Virus record (IMG/VR): IMGVR_UViG_3300044295_000306
From: a virus
Taxonomy: Duplodnaviria; Heunggongvirae; Uroviricota; Caudoviricetes
Strand: one strand, 5' to 3'
DNA length: 64,000 nucleotides
Shown here: piece by piece, positions 10,404 through 20,842 of the stretch
Numbering within the stretch: the stretch's first letter is position 1
Layout: each line of letters starts with the position of its first letter
Notes under the pieces: model-generated
Database searches by the model: none
Seen by the model: only the letters and a program-made list of their open reading frames with translations
What the model was told of the DNA's origin: nothing
Translations under genes and position numbers: made by a program

Positions 10404-10579
10404 TCTTGTTCTTCTTGTTCTTGTTCTTGACTTACGCTCACATCACCACCAAAAAGTGATGCAGCAATTTCATGTTTCTTTGCATCCAATACATCAGAAA
10501 CTTTTTGTGATAACATATTCTGCAATTCAGCATAGGCTTCTGTGTTTTGTTCTTTACCAATTAATGTTACAAAATCCAT
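10400..10579 (-). CDS. Small acidic prohead core protein (gp67-like), 59 aa, missed by ORF track
   Basis: Manual translation MDFVTLIGKEQNTEAYAELQNMLSQKVSDVLDAKKHEIAASLFGGDVSVSQEQEQEEQE*, SD AAGGA, ATGA overlap with next gene. Confidence 0.75.
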   Translation of the reverse strand: MDFVTLIGKEQNTEAYAELQNMLSQKVSDVLDAKKHEIAASLFGGDVSVSQEQEQEEQE

Positions 10580-10590
10580 AATATTTTCCT

Positions 10591-12279
10591 TTATTTAACA
10601 GCTTTTAATTTATTATTTCTATTTATATTAGAATATTTACTTACCAATTCGTCCAACTCAGGAGTTAATGATTCTGTGTCAGATTCTTGACTTTGTTCTT
10701 GATCTTGATCTTGATTTTGTGCTTGTACATCACCATTTTGATTTTGATCCATACCTTGTTGATCTTCAGGCATTGGTGCAGATCCTTCTTCATCTATCTC
10801 GGCCTGCATTGTTTCGATGGTTTCATCATTCATCATTAGAACATTCTTTTTAACCCATTTTTGTGAATAATATACTCCAATAAATGGTTGAAGAACTTGT
10901 AATGTATTAATTCTCTCGCGCAATAGTTCTGCATCACGCATTTCTGCAAAGTTATTATCCTCAACATAGTCAAATTTAATAAACTCTTGCATTTGTTCCC
11001 ATTCTTCAATAGTACAAATGCCTTTTAAAGATAATTGAACTCGAAGAATAGCATCAAACAGCATTGAGAATCGATTGCGAAGTCTATTAACAAACTTAGC
11101 AAATCTTACTTCATCCCTTGTAATTTCAGCCACACGACCCAATCCCATCATACCGCCACCAGTAGCAGCTTCTGGATCTAGTCTTGTTACAGGAACATTA
11201 AGTGCTTTATATAATACTTTTCTGAAATATATAACATCATCAATCTGACCCAAGTTTTGACCAGCTGGAAGTGTTGTAATTTCTGTACCTCTTCCACCCT
11301 CTCTTCTTGGTAACCAGAAATCTTCAAGCATTGATAGATGTTTTCTTTCATCACGAATCTCACCTGTACTTGCATCATATACAAGTTTATTACGATATTT
11401 TATCATAATATCGCGCAAATATTGTTCTGCTTTAAGTTTTGGTAAATTACCAACATCAATATAGAACACCCTACGTTCAGGTGCGCGAGATAAACGGTAA
11501 ATAACTACCGCATCCTCTATCATTCTTAATTGATTTAATGCTTTAATTGCTTTATGTAGGTAAGAAACAACCATTACGTTCTTACCGTCCATCATACCTG
11601 AATTGACATTAATTACAGAATCAGGTGCTATTCTTGAACCTTGATTGACTGATGCTGTATATGATTGTGCGGCTAATCCGCGTTCATTGAATACATAATA
11701 TTCAGAAACAGCTTTAATTGTTTCAAGTCCTGTTCTTATATCTCTTTGTTTTTGAATTTCACGGACTTTTCTAATCTTTCGAGGATCAATAAATCTTAAT
11801 TCTTTAATACCTTGTTTTGGATTATCTTGATCTACAACGGCATGATAATACAATCTACCATCTATATACCAGCGTTTAAAGATTTCATCGCCTAAATTGG
11901 AAAAATTAAGCATTCGCTTAATAGAATCGAATTCATCACGAATTTTCTTTTTGATTGTTTCTGGTTGTTGAAGTTTATCAAGATTAATACTTACAAGTTG
12001 TCCTTGTACATCCATTGTGAAAGCTTCTGAAACAATTTCAGTAATTGCTTGTTCGCATTCTGGATGAAGAGACATTTCACGATATCTAGTAATAAGTTCA
12101 ATTTCATTTCTGACAGAACCTTCTAGATCGACATAGGTACCATAATAGGCACCTTGAGTGATGGTAATTGCACCATCTTCTATTGCTGGTTGAGGTAATG
12201 AAAATACAGGTTGTTCAGGTTTTGTAACCTGAGTTAAATCTTTTTTACCTAAACTGAAACCGAAAAGTTTGAATGACAT
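10591..12279 (-). CDS. gp20: Portal protein gp20
   Basis: YREMSLHPECE, WYIDGRLYYH, IYRLSRAPERRVFYIDVGNLPK, EDFWLPRREGGRGTEITTLP. Confidence 0.99.
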   Translation of the reverse strand: MSFKLFGFSLGKKDLTQVTKPEQPVFSLPQPAIEDGAITITQGAYYGTYVDLEGSVRNEIELITRYREMSLHPECEQAITEIVSEAFTMDVQGQLVSINLDKLQQPETIKKKIRDEFDSIKRMLNFSNLGDEIFKRWYIDGRLYYHAVVDQDNPKQGIKELRFIDPRKIRKVREIQKQRDIRTGLETIKAVSEYYVFNERGLAAQSYTASVNQGSRIAPDSVINVNSGMMDGKNVMVVSYLHKAIKALNQLRMIEDAVVIYRLSRAPERRVFYIDVGNLPKLKAEQYLRDIMIKYRNKLVYDASTGEIRDERKHLSMLEDFWLPRREGGRGTEITTLPAGQNLGQIDDVIYFRKVLYKALNVPVTRLDPEAATGGGMMGLGRVAEITRDEVRFAKFVNRLRNRFSMLFDAILRVQLSLKGICTIEEWEQMQEFIKFDYVEDNNFAEMRDAELLRERINTLQVLQPFIGVYYSQKWVKKNVLMMNDETIETMQAEIDEEGSAPMPEDQQGMDQNQNGDVQAQNQDQDQEQSQESDTESLTPELDELVSKYSNINRNNKLKAVK

Positions 12280-12308
12280 TAGATTATACGCTCATTATGA
12301 AATTATAA

Positions 12309-12329
12309 AAGAGGGGAAAATCCCCTCTT
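12309..12329 (-). terminator. Rho-independent terminator after gp19
   Basis: AAGAGGGGA-TTT-TCCCCTCTT hairpin plus T-rich tail. Confidence 0.85.
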
Positions 12330-12333
12330 CTAT

Positions 12334-12879
12334 TTAAACAACACCAGCTTCAACTGCTTCCCACCATTGATATGCTAATGTAACGCTGAACTCTTCGATT
12401 GTATCGTTTGCGCCCCAATCAACATCAATAGGTGCAACATCAGTTGGAAACAATCCTACAAATTTGTAAGACTTGAGTGTATTGCCTTGTTTACCAAACT
12501 GTGTCACAGAAGCATCTACTGTATAAGCTGCTGGATTAAATGCTAAAGGATTACGCACGTTTAAATTGTGACTATTAATTCCATTTAGCCAACGCTCGAA
12601 AGAATTTCTGATTTGAAAATCTTCGTCATTAATAACTGTTACTGTCCAATCAGCAAAAGTTCTATTACCAGCAAACTTAAGTTCACGACCGAAGTATTGA
12701 ACTGGCACAATACCAACAGTAGAACCTGGTAATTGTGCTGTCCTACACATAAACTTCATTTTTTGTGAAGAGTTTGCTGGAGATGAAAATGCTGGGAATG
12801 GTAACGTAACTTCAAAAAGATTTGGTCTTGCACCATCGCCCTGCATTTGAGAGCGGAATTCATTTACATTGAAAGCCAT
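12334..12879 (-). CDS. gp19: Tail tube protein gp19
   Basis: GARPNLFEV, FAGNRTFADWTVTVINDEDF, IEEFSVTLAYQWW. Confidence 0.98.
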   Translation of the reverse strand: MAFNVNEFRSQMQGDGARPNLFEVTLPFPAFSSPANSSQKMKFMCRTAQLPGSTVGIVPVQYFGRELKFAGNRTFADWTVTVINDEDFQIRNSFERWLNGINSHNLNVRNPLAFNPAAYTVDASVTQFGKQGNTLKSYKFVGLFPTDVAPIDVDWGANDTIEEFSVTLAYQWWEAVEAGVV

Positions 12880-12897
12880 ATTAGATTCTCCTCTCTC

Positions 12898-12905
12898 TAT
12901 TTATT
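12898..12905 (-). promoter_or_regulatory. Late promoter variant AATAAATA upstream of gp19
   Basis: One mismatch to TATAAATA. Confidence 0.55.
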
Positions 12906-14574
12906 AAAATTTGCCCACAATTTCATCAAAACTTACACCTGTTCTTACAGCAACAAAGTTAAGTTGGATAAAATTGATGGAACGTGCTGGTTTAATGTAT
13001 ATATCACCCACAAATTGATTCGAATCTATAACTTGTGGTGTATTGTTTGTAGTGTCACAAACAACACGATAATCATAGATACCACGACGACCTTTAACAT
13101 CACGCAAGAATGGTTCTACAAAAGCAACAAATTGTGCGCGTGTGAAATCATCATTAAATTCAAACAACGATGAACGTGCAGCTTTTGCGATTGCCTGTTC
13201 AAGAACAATGAATAGACGACGAACATTAATTCTATCAAATGCGCTTGGACGGCTTAACATTGTCTTATCGCCGTAAAGAAGAGTGCCTTCTCCTGGGAAT
13301 GTAACAACTGGATTTACACCATTCTTGTAAAGAGTATCGCGTTCAGATTTATTTGGATTCCATGCAAGTTTAACAACATTAAGAATTTGTCCTCTGTATC
13401 CTGCTGGTGAGAACCATGGATCACGTTGTAAATCGGTACGTACACACAATCCTGCAATGTCACCGTTTAGAGGTACCCAACGGTATACATCATTATACTT
13501 GTCATATTGGTATTTCCATCCACAATCCATTTCTGCATATGAAGATGAAGTATATGTGTTTCTTGTTACAACTACTGCTGCTGCTTCACCTCCAGCGTTA
13601 TTAACAACATCTGATTGTTGTGGTGAAACAAACACTAGAACATCTTTTCTTGATTCTGCAATAGCAATAACATAATTTACAATTGTTGATGAATCTGTTG
13701 ATTGACCCATCATTAGAAGTGATGTATCGCTCGAATCGGAATTATTAAATTTATCCCATGATGTTTGATAATTACCAGCGGTTGTAGTTGCTGTTGTACC
13801 ATTAGCAAGATTTAATGTTGAAATTGATGCTGTTTGTGTGAATGTTGTATTAGATGCTGGAACACCCCAAGTTGCATCAAGATGTTTACCCCACCAAATA
13901 TATTTTGATGTTTGATTAACAACATTTACATAGTAGTTTGAAGTACCATCTGATTTCTTGGCATCTGATGCTTTTGATACATAAGAAAATGTTTCTAAGA
14001 CTGTATTGGCTGTTCCTGAAAATTTACCTAAACGATCAATAACAACAATATGCAATTCATCATTAGCACCACCTTGATTTGAAGTCCAATCGGACGTAGC
14101 GGGTGCTGATGCGATTACTGTATTACCTTGTGCCCATGTAGCAAAAAGAGAATTATTAGCACAAACACTCACTTGAAGTGAATTACCAATATCTCCTGGA
14201 TACTTTGCGATCCAATATTCTGCTGTACCTATATTTGAAATGCTATTGTAATCGTCAATATTTTTAACTTGGCGATTTGCTGCTGTTGTGTTACTTGTTG
14301 CGTTATATGTTCCGGAATTTGCTGTACGAACAAATCTCAAGTCGCTTCCATAAGATAGGAAGTTTGACATTGTGAAAAATGTCTTATATGTGTTTGCGTC
14401 TGGCTTACCAAATACGCTAACGAATTGATCTTCACTTGAGATAGAAATTACTTGATTAACAGGACCCCATACCGCTTCACCTACTAATCCACCAACAGTT
14501 GTACCTACCGCAGGCACTACCGTTGTCAAATCTACTTCGGAGACATTAATTCCTGGTGAAAGTTGAAATGCCAT
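12904..14574 (-). CDS. gp18: Tail sheath protein gp18
   Basis: MAFQLSPGINVSEVDLT, PWFSPAG, SAFDRINVRRLFI, IYIKPARSINFIQLNFVA. Confidence 0.98.
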   Translation of the reverse strand: MAFQLSPGINVSEVDLTTVVPAVGTTVGGLVGEAVWGPVNQVISISSEDQFVSVFGKPDANTYKTFFTMSNFLSYGSDLRFVRTANSGTYNATSNTTAANRQVKNIDDYNSISNIGTAEYWIAKYPGDIGNSLQVSVCANNSLFATWAQGNTVIASAPATSDWTSNQGGANDELHIVVIDRLGKFSGTANTVLETFSYVSKASDAKKSDGTSNYYVNVVNQTSKYIWWGKHLDATWGVPASNTTFTQTASISTLNLANGTTATTTAGNYQTSWDKFNNSDSSDTSLLMMGQSTDSSTIVNYVIAIAESRKDVLVFVSPQQSDVVNNAGGEAAAVVVTRNTYTSSSYAEMDCGWKYQYDKYNDVYRWVPLNGDIAGLCVRTDLQRDPWFSPAGYRGQILNVVKLAWNPNKSERDTLYKNGVNPVVTFPGEGTLLYGDKTMLSRPSAFDRINVRRLFIVLEQAIAKAARSSLFEFNDDFTRAQFVAFVEPFLRDVKGRRGIYDYRVVCDTTNNTPQVIDSNQFVGDIYIKPARSINFIQLNFVAVRTGVSFDEIVGKF

Positions 14575-14628
14575 CTTGTTCTCCTTATTTACTCAGGCAT
14601 AAATAATTATTTCTAATTACTTGTTCAA

Positions 14629-14636
14629 TATTTATA
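14629..14636 (-). promoter_or_regulatory. T4 late promoter TATAAATA upstream of gp18
   Basis: Exact consensus in the gp17-gp18 boundary region. Confidence 0.85.
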
Positions 14637-14640
14637 AAAA

Positions 14641-16311
14641 TCATAATTTTGAAGGAAAATACCCTTTTCTAGACCAATCCGATACTTTCCATACATCACC
14701 ATCCTCTACAATAACATCTTCTGTCTTTCCATCTTCAATAAATCCAAAAGGTGTCATTTCTTCTTCAAAATCCATCAAAACTTCTCTTTCCAATAAAGAC
14801 GGTCTTACATCTGTATCGGTCGATTCTTTAAAATATTTTTGTGAAACCATCCAAGCAAATAATACTAATGTCATAACCAAATCATCATTACTTCCTTCAT
14901 CCGCAGCAAATGAATTCCTTTGAAGTGTAAAAGTATTCAATTCTGCAATAGTATCAAAATCATTAACAATTAATCGATCGGATTCAATCAGTGTCTTTAA
15001 GTTAGCACAACCTATCTTCTTTACAGCATCAGTTGTTCTCAAACCAAAAGTAATTGCTTTCTTGAATCCAGCGGAAATTTGTTGTTTCTTTGCTTTATTC
15101 TCAAAACGGAATATATTCTCATACTCCAAATCATAATGCAAAATATCAACAACTTGTTGTCCATTATCATTAATCTCTACAATAACAAAGGCATCATTAT
15201 ATCTTCTAGCCAAAGCATAAATTATATTAGGTAATACCAATGGAGAAATAATATTTGATCTATATTTGGCTACTTGTTTATACGGTACCGAAGTAACATC
15301 TATTACAGATATAGCAGAATAATCTAGTCCTGTACCCCTAGAAGGATCAACAATTACAGCATATAAATGATCGGGAGATATCTTCTTTTTGTTCTCATAA
15401 ACCGCTTTTATTGGTTGCTCATATACCGTAACACCATCACCTTCTTGAATAGGTGTTATATAGGTCAATGCTCGAAGTTTAGAACCGGAAATCAATGTAT
15501 GTGAAGAACCAATAAACTCACACTCAAATTCCACTCTAAATTGCTCTTCACTTGTATTTCTGATAGTTTCTTCTCGCCATTTTTGATCCCTACCGGGTAC
15601 CATAGACCAATGAATCTCAATAGGAATATATGTTGATCTTTTTTCAATAGCATCTGTCCACATCTTATAGAATTGATTTAAACCATTTGGTGTTGATACT
15701 ATAATAACTTTTGTAGTTCTACCAGAAGAAATAACAGGATATGTGGATTGGAAGAATTCTTGTGCCATGTTATGGGGAACGAATGCAAACTCATCAAGGA
15801 AAATGCAATTATAGGTTCCTCCACGAACACCAGCTCCTGTTGTTGCATATGCATATATCTTTGAACCATTTTCTAATTCAAGATTACCTTTATTCCAGAC
15901 TATGATACCTTGTTGTAACCATATAGGTAAATTCTCATAAGCATATTGTAATCTTCCTAATATCTCGCGAGCCAATGGTCCTTTGTTAGCCAATATCGCA
16001 ACACTATAATTTTCATTAAATAAGACACACCAAAGCATATAACCAACAGTTGTTGTTGTTTTTCCAACTTGGCGAGGCATCTTACATATTGAAAATCGAT
16101 TGTTATGGAATTGTCTGACCATATCTTCTTGAAATGGCCACATATCAAAATTAATTATACCTCGATCTACGTTAACAATCTTGACATAATTTTTGATGAA
16201 ATAAATCGGATCTTCAGCACACTTAAGAAATTCATTTTGATCTTCTTTAGTGAACTGTATTACTTGACCGATTCTTTTTAGTTTTGGATTACCTAAATAA
16301 CCTTCAATCAT
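14641..16311 (-). CDS. gp17: Terminase large subunit gp17
   Basis: YLGNPKLK, PRQVGKTT, FLDEFAF, STPNGLNQFY, DDLVM. Confidence 0.98.
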   Translation of the reverse strand: MIEGYLGNPKLKRIGQVIQFTKEDQNEFLKCAEDPIYFIKNYVKIVNVDRGIINFDMWPFQEDMVRQFHNNRFSICKMPRQVGKTTTTVGYMLWCVLFNENYSVAILANKGPLAREILGRLQYAYENLPIWLQQGIIVWNKGNLELENGSKIYAYATTGAGVRGGTYNCIFLDEFAFVPHNMAQEFFQSTYPVISSGRTTKVIIVSTPNGLNQFYKMWTDAIEKRSTYIPIEIHWSMVPGRDQKWREETIRNTSEEQFRVEFECEFIGSSHTLISGSKLRALTYITPIQEGDGVTVYEQPIKAVYENKKKISPDHLYAVIVDPSRGTGLDYSAISVIDVTSVPYKQVAKYRSNIISPLVLPNIIYALARRYNDAFVIVEINDNGQQVVDILHYDLEYENIFRFENKAKKQQISAGFKKAITFGLRTTDAVKKIGCANLKTLIESDRLIVNDFDTIAELNTFTLQRNSFAADEGSNDDLVMTLVLFAWMVSQKYFKESTDTDVRPSLLEREVLMDFEEEMTPFGFIEDGKTEDVIVEDGDVWKVSDWSRKGYFPSKL

Positions 16312-16699
16312 TATTATTTTGTTTCTTCAATTTTAATAAATCTGCTGTTGTTCCTACAAATACAGCTTTATCAACATAAGTTTGTTTGGATGATGATTCT
16401 TTTGAAATAACCTTGTTTGCTTTGTGTATCTCAAGCAAATCTTTGTTCATTTCTGAAAGATTTTTTAAAAAGTTTGAAGCTACTTCATATGCTCTAGGAT
16501 GTTCAGACGCAACAGCAACCTTAAGAATATTATCTAAAGCTTCATTGCCTTTTTCAATAATGTTTCGAATATTGGTCCTGGCAAATTCGGTATCATCATC
16601 AATACTATCTTTGACAATTACAGGAAATTTATCAGATTGATTTTCCTCTAGAGGCATAATATCCAATGCCTCTGATAGTTTTTCGTTCAAATTTCTCAT
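16304..16699 (-). CDS. gp16: Terminase small subunit gp16
   Basis: DDDTEFARTNI, SEHPRAYEV, VFVGTTADLLK. Confidence 0.93.
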   Translation of the reverse strand: MRNLNEKLSEALDIMPLEENQSDKFPVIVKDSIDDDTEFARTNIRNIIEKGNEALDNILKVAVASEHPRAYEVASNFLKNLSEMNKDLLEIHKANKVISKESSSKQTYVDKAVFVGTTADLLKLKKQNNND

Positions 16700-17724
16700 A
16701 GTTCATATTCAATAATTGTATCTGAAAATCCATATGCATCCGTTGCTTTTGCTGTTATTGGATCCTGCACCGACGTTACAGACACCATTAATGTATTAGC
16801 AACTGCCATTGATGCAACATTATAAGTTGCATTTGAATAATCACCAACAATCATCATTCCATTCTGGAACAATCCATTTGCTTGTGTAATATATAAAATC
16901 TTAGAGTTAGCATTCCAATCAGCAACTAAACCAAATATATTGTTTGCCTTAGATCGAACTACCTCTGACTGAGCATAATCTACATTGGCTACATTACTTG
17001 CATTGTTTGCCATGTAAATCTTTTGAATTGCACTATTATTAGTATCATTTCTAATGTTAACTGTTGATCCACCAGTATAACCACCATGTCCATCAGAAAC
17101 ACCCATTATAATAGCTGAATTACTTACAGGACCAAACATGAACGTTTTAGCTGTGAATGTCAATGTCCATGTTATAAGTCTTGTGGTTAGAAAATCTCCC
17201 TCATATTGTATATCTTGATTTACTGTGTCGAGAATAACAGGAAAATCATATGACTTGCCCATTTCAGGATTTATATTAACTGTCATAGTATAATCAGGAG
17301 TAAAATAAGGTAAAATCTGTTCTATGATTTGAGTGCCATCTTCATGATTTCTTACATATAAAGATAGACTGAATTCTATATTATAAGGAACTGGTATGTA
17401 TTGTGATTTTACTGTATTTGTTCCTGATGAACCAGCAAAATTCATTAATGTTGATTGTTGTTTTCTTGTGCTGTCATATGTCAAATTAGTCATTTCAAAT
17501 GACATTCTAGGAACAGTAATAGCTACAGATTTAGTTAATGTTGGATCTTGTGTTATTCTTTGAATATATTTTTCTTTCGGACCATAATTCAATGGTACTT
17601 TGAATCTTTCTTTAGTTAAAGATCCATCTTTAGTATATCTATAAACATAGATATTATTGAATAATGTACCAAAAGCAACAATACATTTTCTTATTGTTCT
17701 ATGATAAAAATGTGTCTGGAACAT
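16696..17724 (-). CDS. gp15: Tail sheath stabiliser gp15
   Basis: FYHRTIRKCIVAFGTLFNNI, VPLNYGPKEK, QIIEQILPYFTP. Confidence 0.95.
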   Translation of the reverse strand: MFQTHFYHRTIRKCIVAFGTLFNNIYVYRYTKDGSLTKERFKVPLNYGPKEKYIQRITQDPTLTKSVAITVPRMSFEMTNLTYDSTRKQQSTLMNFAGSSGTNTVKSQYIPVPYNIEFSLSLYVRNHEDGTQIIEQILPYFTPDYTMTVNINPEMGKSYDFPVILDTVNQDIQYEGDFLTTRLITWTLTFTAKTFMFGPVSNSAIIMGVSDGHGGYTGGSTVNIRNDTNNSAIQKIYMANNASNVANVDYAQSEVVRSKANNIFGLVADWNANSKILYITQANGLFQNGMMIVGDYSNATYNVASMAVANTLMVSVTSVQDPITAKATDAYGFSDTIIEYEL

Positions 17725-18626
17725 TAAGGTTCTCCAAACGGATTATGTTCCGTAAAATCTAATATAGCATCACCTTCTGTTTGCAATTGTGCATTATCCG
17801 ACATATCTTCGAACATATTATCCATAGGCGTTTGATCATCTGATGATGCTAAAGTCCATCTTGCATTACTTGTATTACCAATTACTAATGAATTATTTGC
17901 AAAAACACCATTAACTTTTACAACACCAAGAGTTTGTGTTTGAAGATTCCATGAAACTACATTGGCAAATGCTGTTGCTGTATTAAGACTTGTGCCTTGA
18001 TAAACAGATTCATTATTAGCAACATCAAAATTACCAGTACCACCAGGAATAAAGATTAAATCTGTAGCTTGATAATTATCAATAACTTGTTTATCAATTT
18101 CTTGGATGCCCGTTTGTATGATTTCTTGTGAGAATACAAATTGTTTCATTTTTAGCATATAAAGATATACATTAGCATCCCTACCCCTACCGAGGGTATA
18201 GAACTGTGCAACAGGATTTTCATGTTCAACGAAAGTAATTTCAAAAAAGTTTTGAACTAATGGAACATAAACCAAATCACCTTCTCGCGCCCTTATTAGA
18301 CCTGGTACAGAAGCTTTAAATCTTCTTCTTGATACCTGAAATGTAACTTCATCAGGAATCTCTAGACCAAACTTAGATATGAAATCACCAGCGCCTTCCA
18401 TACCCGTAACATCATATAGATACATTTCCAATGGATAAGCTTTAACATATTTCTTCAATTGATCTTCACCCATGAGTTTATCAAATGAATCATCTGTTTC
18501 ACGAGGAAGATACCATACATCCATACCATATATTTGCAAAGCTTCAATAAGCAAATCTTCAACTAGTAATTGCTCACTAGTTATTTGCCCTGCTGGAAAA
18601 TTATTAAAATATTGGTTAGTTGCCAT
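17724..18626 (-). CDS. gp14: Neck protein gp14
   Basis: EQLLVEDLLIEALQIYGMDVWYLPR, REGDLVYVP, FTEHNPFG. Confidence 0.95.
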   Translation of the reverse strand: MATNQYFNNFPAGQITSEQLLVEDLLIEALQIYGMDVWYLPRETDDSFDKLMGEDQLKKYVKAYPLEMYLYDVTGMEGAGDFISKFGLEIPDEVTFQVSRRRFKASVPGLIRAREGDLVYVPLVQNFFEITFVEHENPVAQFYTLGRGRDANVYLYMLKMKQFVFSQEIIQTGIQEIDKQVIDNYQATDLIFIPGGTGNFDVANNESVYQGTSLNTATAFANVVSWNLQTQTLGVVKVNGVFANNSLVIGNTSNARWTLASSDDQTPMDNMFEDMSDNAQLQTEGDAILDFTEHNPFGEP

Positions 18627-19579
18627 TATCCAATAAGTATCTCAGGAGGTAGTACATTAAGAATTGCCATATCTTCTTCTATTTTTTCTATCTCTGCTTC
18701 TGCTTCATCATATATTTGTTGTCCATTTAATGTAACACCACCTGGCATTTGAATACCAGAAAACTTTTTAAGATTGCTTCCCCATTGACGTTTAATTAAT
18801 GCAGTACCATATCTTTTGAGAAAACGATCATTCCAGACAGCAGATAGTCCTGCTTTAACTAAAGGTAAAGTTGTAAGGGTTGTACTATAAGCACTTGAAA
18901 CATTCATTGATGTGTCTGAATCAATATTAATAATTCTTTTTGGTTCATTATTGATAGCGACTTCATCACCTATAATAAAATCTTTATAAAATGTTGTGCC
19001 TACACCAGTTACAGTATTACTTGTTGAAGATATATTAACTGTACCATCTAATGTGATTAAATCTGGTTCTAATTGACGATAACATTCAACAACAATCCAA
19101 CTATCTTCTTTTACAAATCTTGCCCAATCTAAATCAATATATAATCTACCTAAATGTCTATTATATCTAAATTGTGGTGTTCCTGTGAATAAAAGTTGAA
19201 TTGTTCGAATATGTTGCATGGTAATTTCATATGGAACATAAGAAACTGATGTAAAATCATATAAATCATGCAAACGTAATTGATAACGTAAATCAAACAT
19301 ATTAACAGTTGAATTAGAATCATCAAATGGCCATACAGAAGTAATACCTATTATCGCTGTAGGAACATAAATCCAATGTCTGTCAATATCTTCACTTGTT
19401 AATTGGTGTCTCATATATACTTTTTCAACGCCATCAAAGTGATAATCGGCAAAATATTGAAGAGCTTCATCAATACGATCATTTATTTGATCATCATCTA
19501 CATTGATATCAATTACTGGAAAACCTAGTTTTCTCAGACAATAATCTTTAAATTCATCTCTTGTTGTTGGTGTTGACAT
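18626..19579 (-). CDS. gp13: Neck protein gp13
   Basis: YCLRKLGFPVIDINVDDDQ, KRQWGSNLKKFSGIQMPGGVTLNG. Confidence 0.96.
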   Translation of the reverse strand: MSTPTTRDEFKDYCLRKLGFPVIDINVDDDQINDRIDEALQYFADYHFDGVEKVYMRHQLTSEDIDRHWIYVPTAIIGITSVWPFDDSNSTVNMFDLRYQLRLHDLYDFTSVSYVPYEITMQHIRTIQLLFTGTPQFRYNRHLGRLYIDLDWARFVKEDSWIVVECYRQLEPDLITLDGTVNISSTSNTVTGVGTTFYKDFIIGDEVAINNEPKRIINIDSDTSMNVSSAYSTTLTTLPLVKAGLSAVWNDRFLKRYGTALIKRQWGSNLKKFSGIQMPGGVTLNGQQIYDEAEAEIEKIEEDMAILNVLPPEILIG

Positions 19580-19580
19580 A

Positions 19581-19757
19581 TTAGACTACCGAAAATGAGT
19601 ATTGTGGATTTACTATAGATTGATTAATTAAAGCATCAGATGTTGCTATTGTAAGAGTTTTTGTAACAGTATCATTACCTATTTTTGACACTATTGTAGA
19701 ATATGTACCAAAATTAGATAAATCAGAAGCACAGATATTATTTGCTAATGCTGCCAT
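19581..19757 (-). CDS. Small hypothetical protein, 58 aa, missed by ORF track
   Basis: Manual translation MAALANNICASDLSNFGTYSTIVSKIGNDTVTKTLTIATSDALINQSIVNPQYSFSVV*; fills the gap exactly. Confidence 0.65.
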   Translation of the reverse strand: MAALANNICASDLSNFGTYSTIVSKIGNDTVTKTLTIATSDALINQSIVNPQYSFSVV

Positions 19758-19758
19758 A

Positions 19759-20829
19759 TTAACTTGTTTTTAGTAAAAGACCGGTAATACCAGCATTAAA
19801 AAATGTGTATGTATCGCCTAGTACATTGACTGTATCACCGCTATTGCCCATATTAGCACTACAATAGTATATCGGACATATACCGGTTACAAATTGTGTA
19901 GGATATCCTCTTCTGCTAACATTAAAATATATTGGTTCTATTATATATGTTGGTGCGCCTACGGAAGAAAGAGAGTTTTGGTGGGTGCTTTCTGATATGG
20001 TTGTAACCAAATGACCATCATTCATACAAGACCAACCATTATTAAAATAAGTTGATTCTGAAACATCATATGTTCCATAATTGGTACCGGTATTAGGATC
20101 TGTTATATTAAATACAATCCAAGTACAAGTATTACCATAACTTCCATTATTTGATAAAGGAATAATATTTCCTTGTGTATAGCCGCCAGTATTAGCGGCA
20201 GCAGCACCTTTTGTTTGTCCCACTTGTATAAAGGGTGCTATATTTTGAAATGTATGTAAATCAGTTTGAGAAGTTTCCCATACACCTTGAAATCCATTTC
20301 CTTCTTGTATAATAGTTAAATGTCTCTGATTCGCAATAACATGAAATATTTTATTTGCTGTTGTAGATAAACCATAAGAATAGCCACCAATATTAGAATT
20401 ATCATTGCCATAAAGTCTAAAACCCTCATTTGTTAGTATACCTGTTGAGTTTGCTGACTGAGCGCCAGTTAGTGTAAATGTTGTGTTTCCGGTAGATGAA
20501 TTTGCAGCATAAGCAATTTTTTGTATAGTTAATGCACAATATTTTAATACACTAGCATTTGCTGATGTAGGAGCACTAAAACATAAATTAGACTGTACAT
20601 TATTTTGCCAATTAGTATTAGTGGCACAAATATTAGGCTGATCATTAGCATTTGTACTACCTACATAAGTCCATCCGGCTGGTGTTGCATCAACAATTAT
20701 TGATGATGATGTGCTAAACATTGTCAGATTAGCTGTAGAAGGTGCAGAAGATGTTATCAAACGTCCAATATCTCTCATTGCGTTCATTGCAGATATATTT
20801 AAACTACCAACAACTAATTTAGCATACAT
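19759..20829 (-). CDS. Putative virion structural protein, paralog A of tandem pair
   Basis: N/T/S/G-rich; homologous along its length to 20843-21928. Confidence 0.75.
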   Translation of the reverse strand: MYAKLVVGSLNISAMNAMRDIGRLITSSAPSTANLTMFSTSSSIIVDATPAGWTYVGSTNANDQPNICATNTNWQNNVQSNLCFSAPTSANASVLKYCALTIQKIAYAANSSTGNTTFTLTGAQSANSTGILTNEGFRLYGNDNSNIGGYSYGLSTTANKIFHVIANQRHLTIIQEGNGFQGVWETSQTDLHTFQNIAPFIQVGQTKGAAAANTGGYTQGNIIPLSNNGSYGNTCTWIVFNITDPNTGTNYGTYDVSESTYFNNGWSCMNDGHLVTTISESTHQNSLSSVGAPTYIIEPIYFNVSRRGYPTQFVTGICPIYYCSANMGNSGDTVNVLGDTYTFFNAGITGLLLKTS

Positions 20830-20842
20830 ATTATATTTCCTA

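Noticed and set aside
10400-10720. Short tandem repeats (TCTTGA/TCTTGT)n
   Set aside because: They encode low-complexity QE/QD tails of the gp67-like protein and gp20; not a CRISPR or regulatory array.
3501-16311. Introns, inteins or homing endonucleases in uvsW, gp23, gp20, gp17
   Set aside because: ORFs are continuous and of normal length; no intein, LAGLIDADG, HNH or GIY-YIG motifs noticed.
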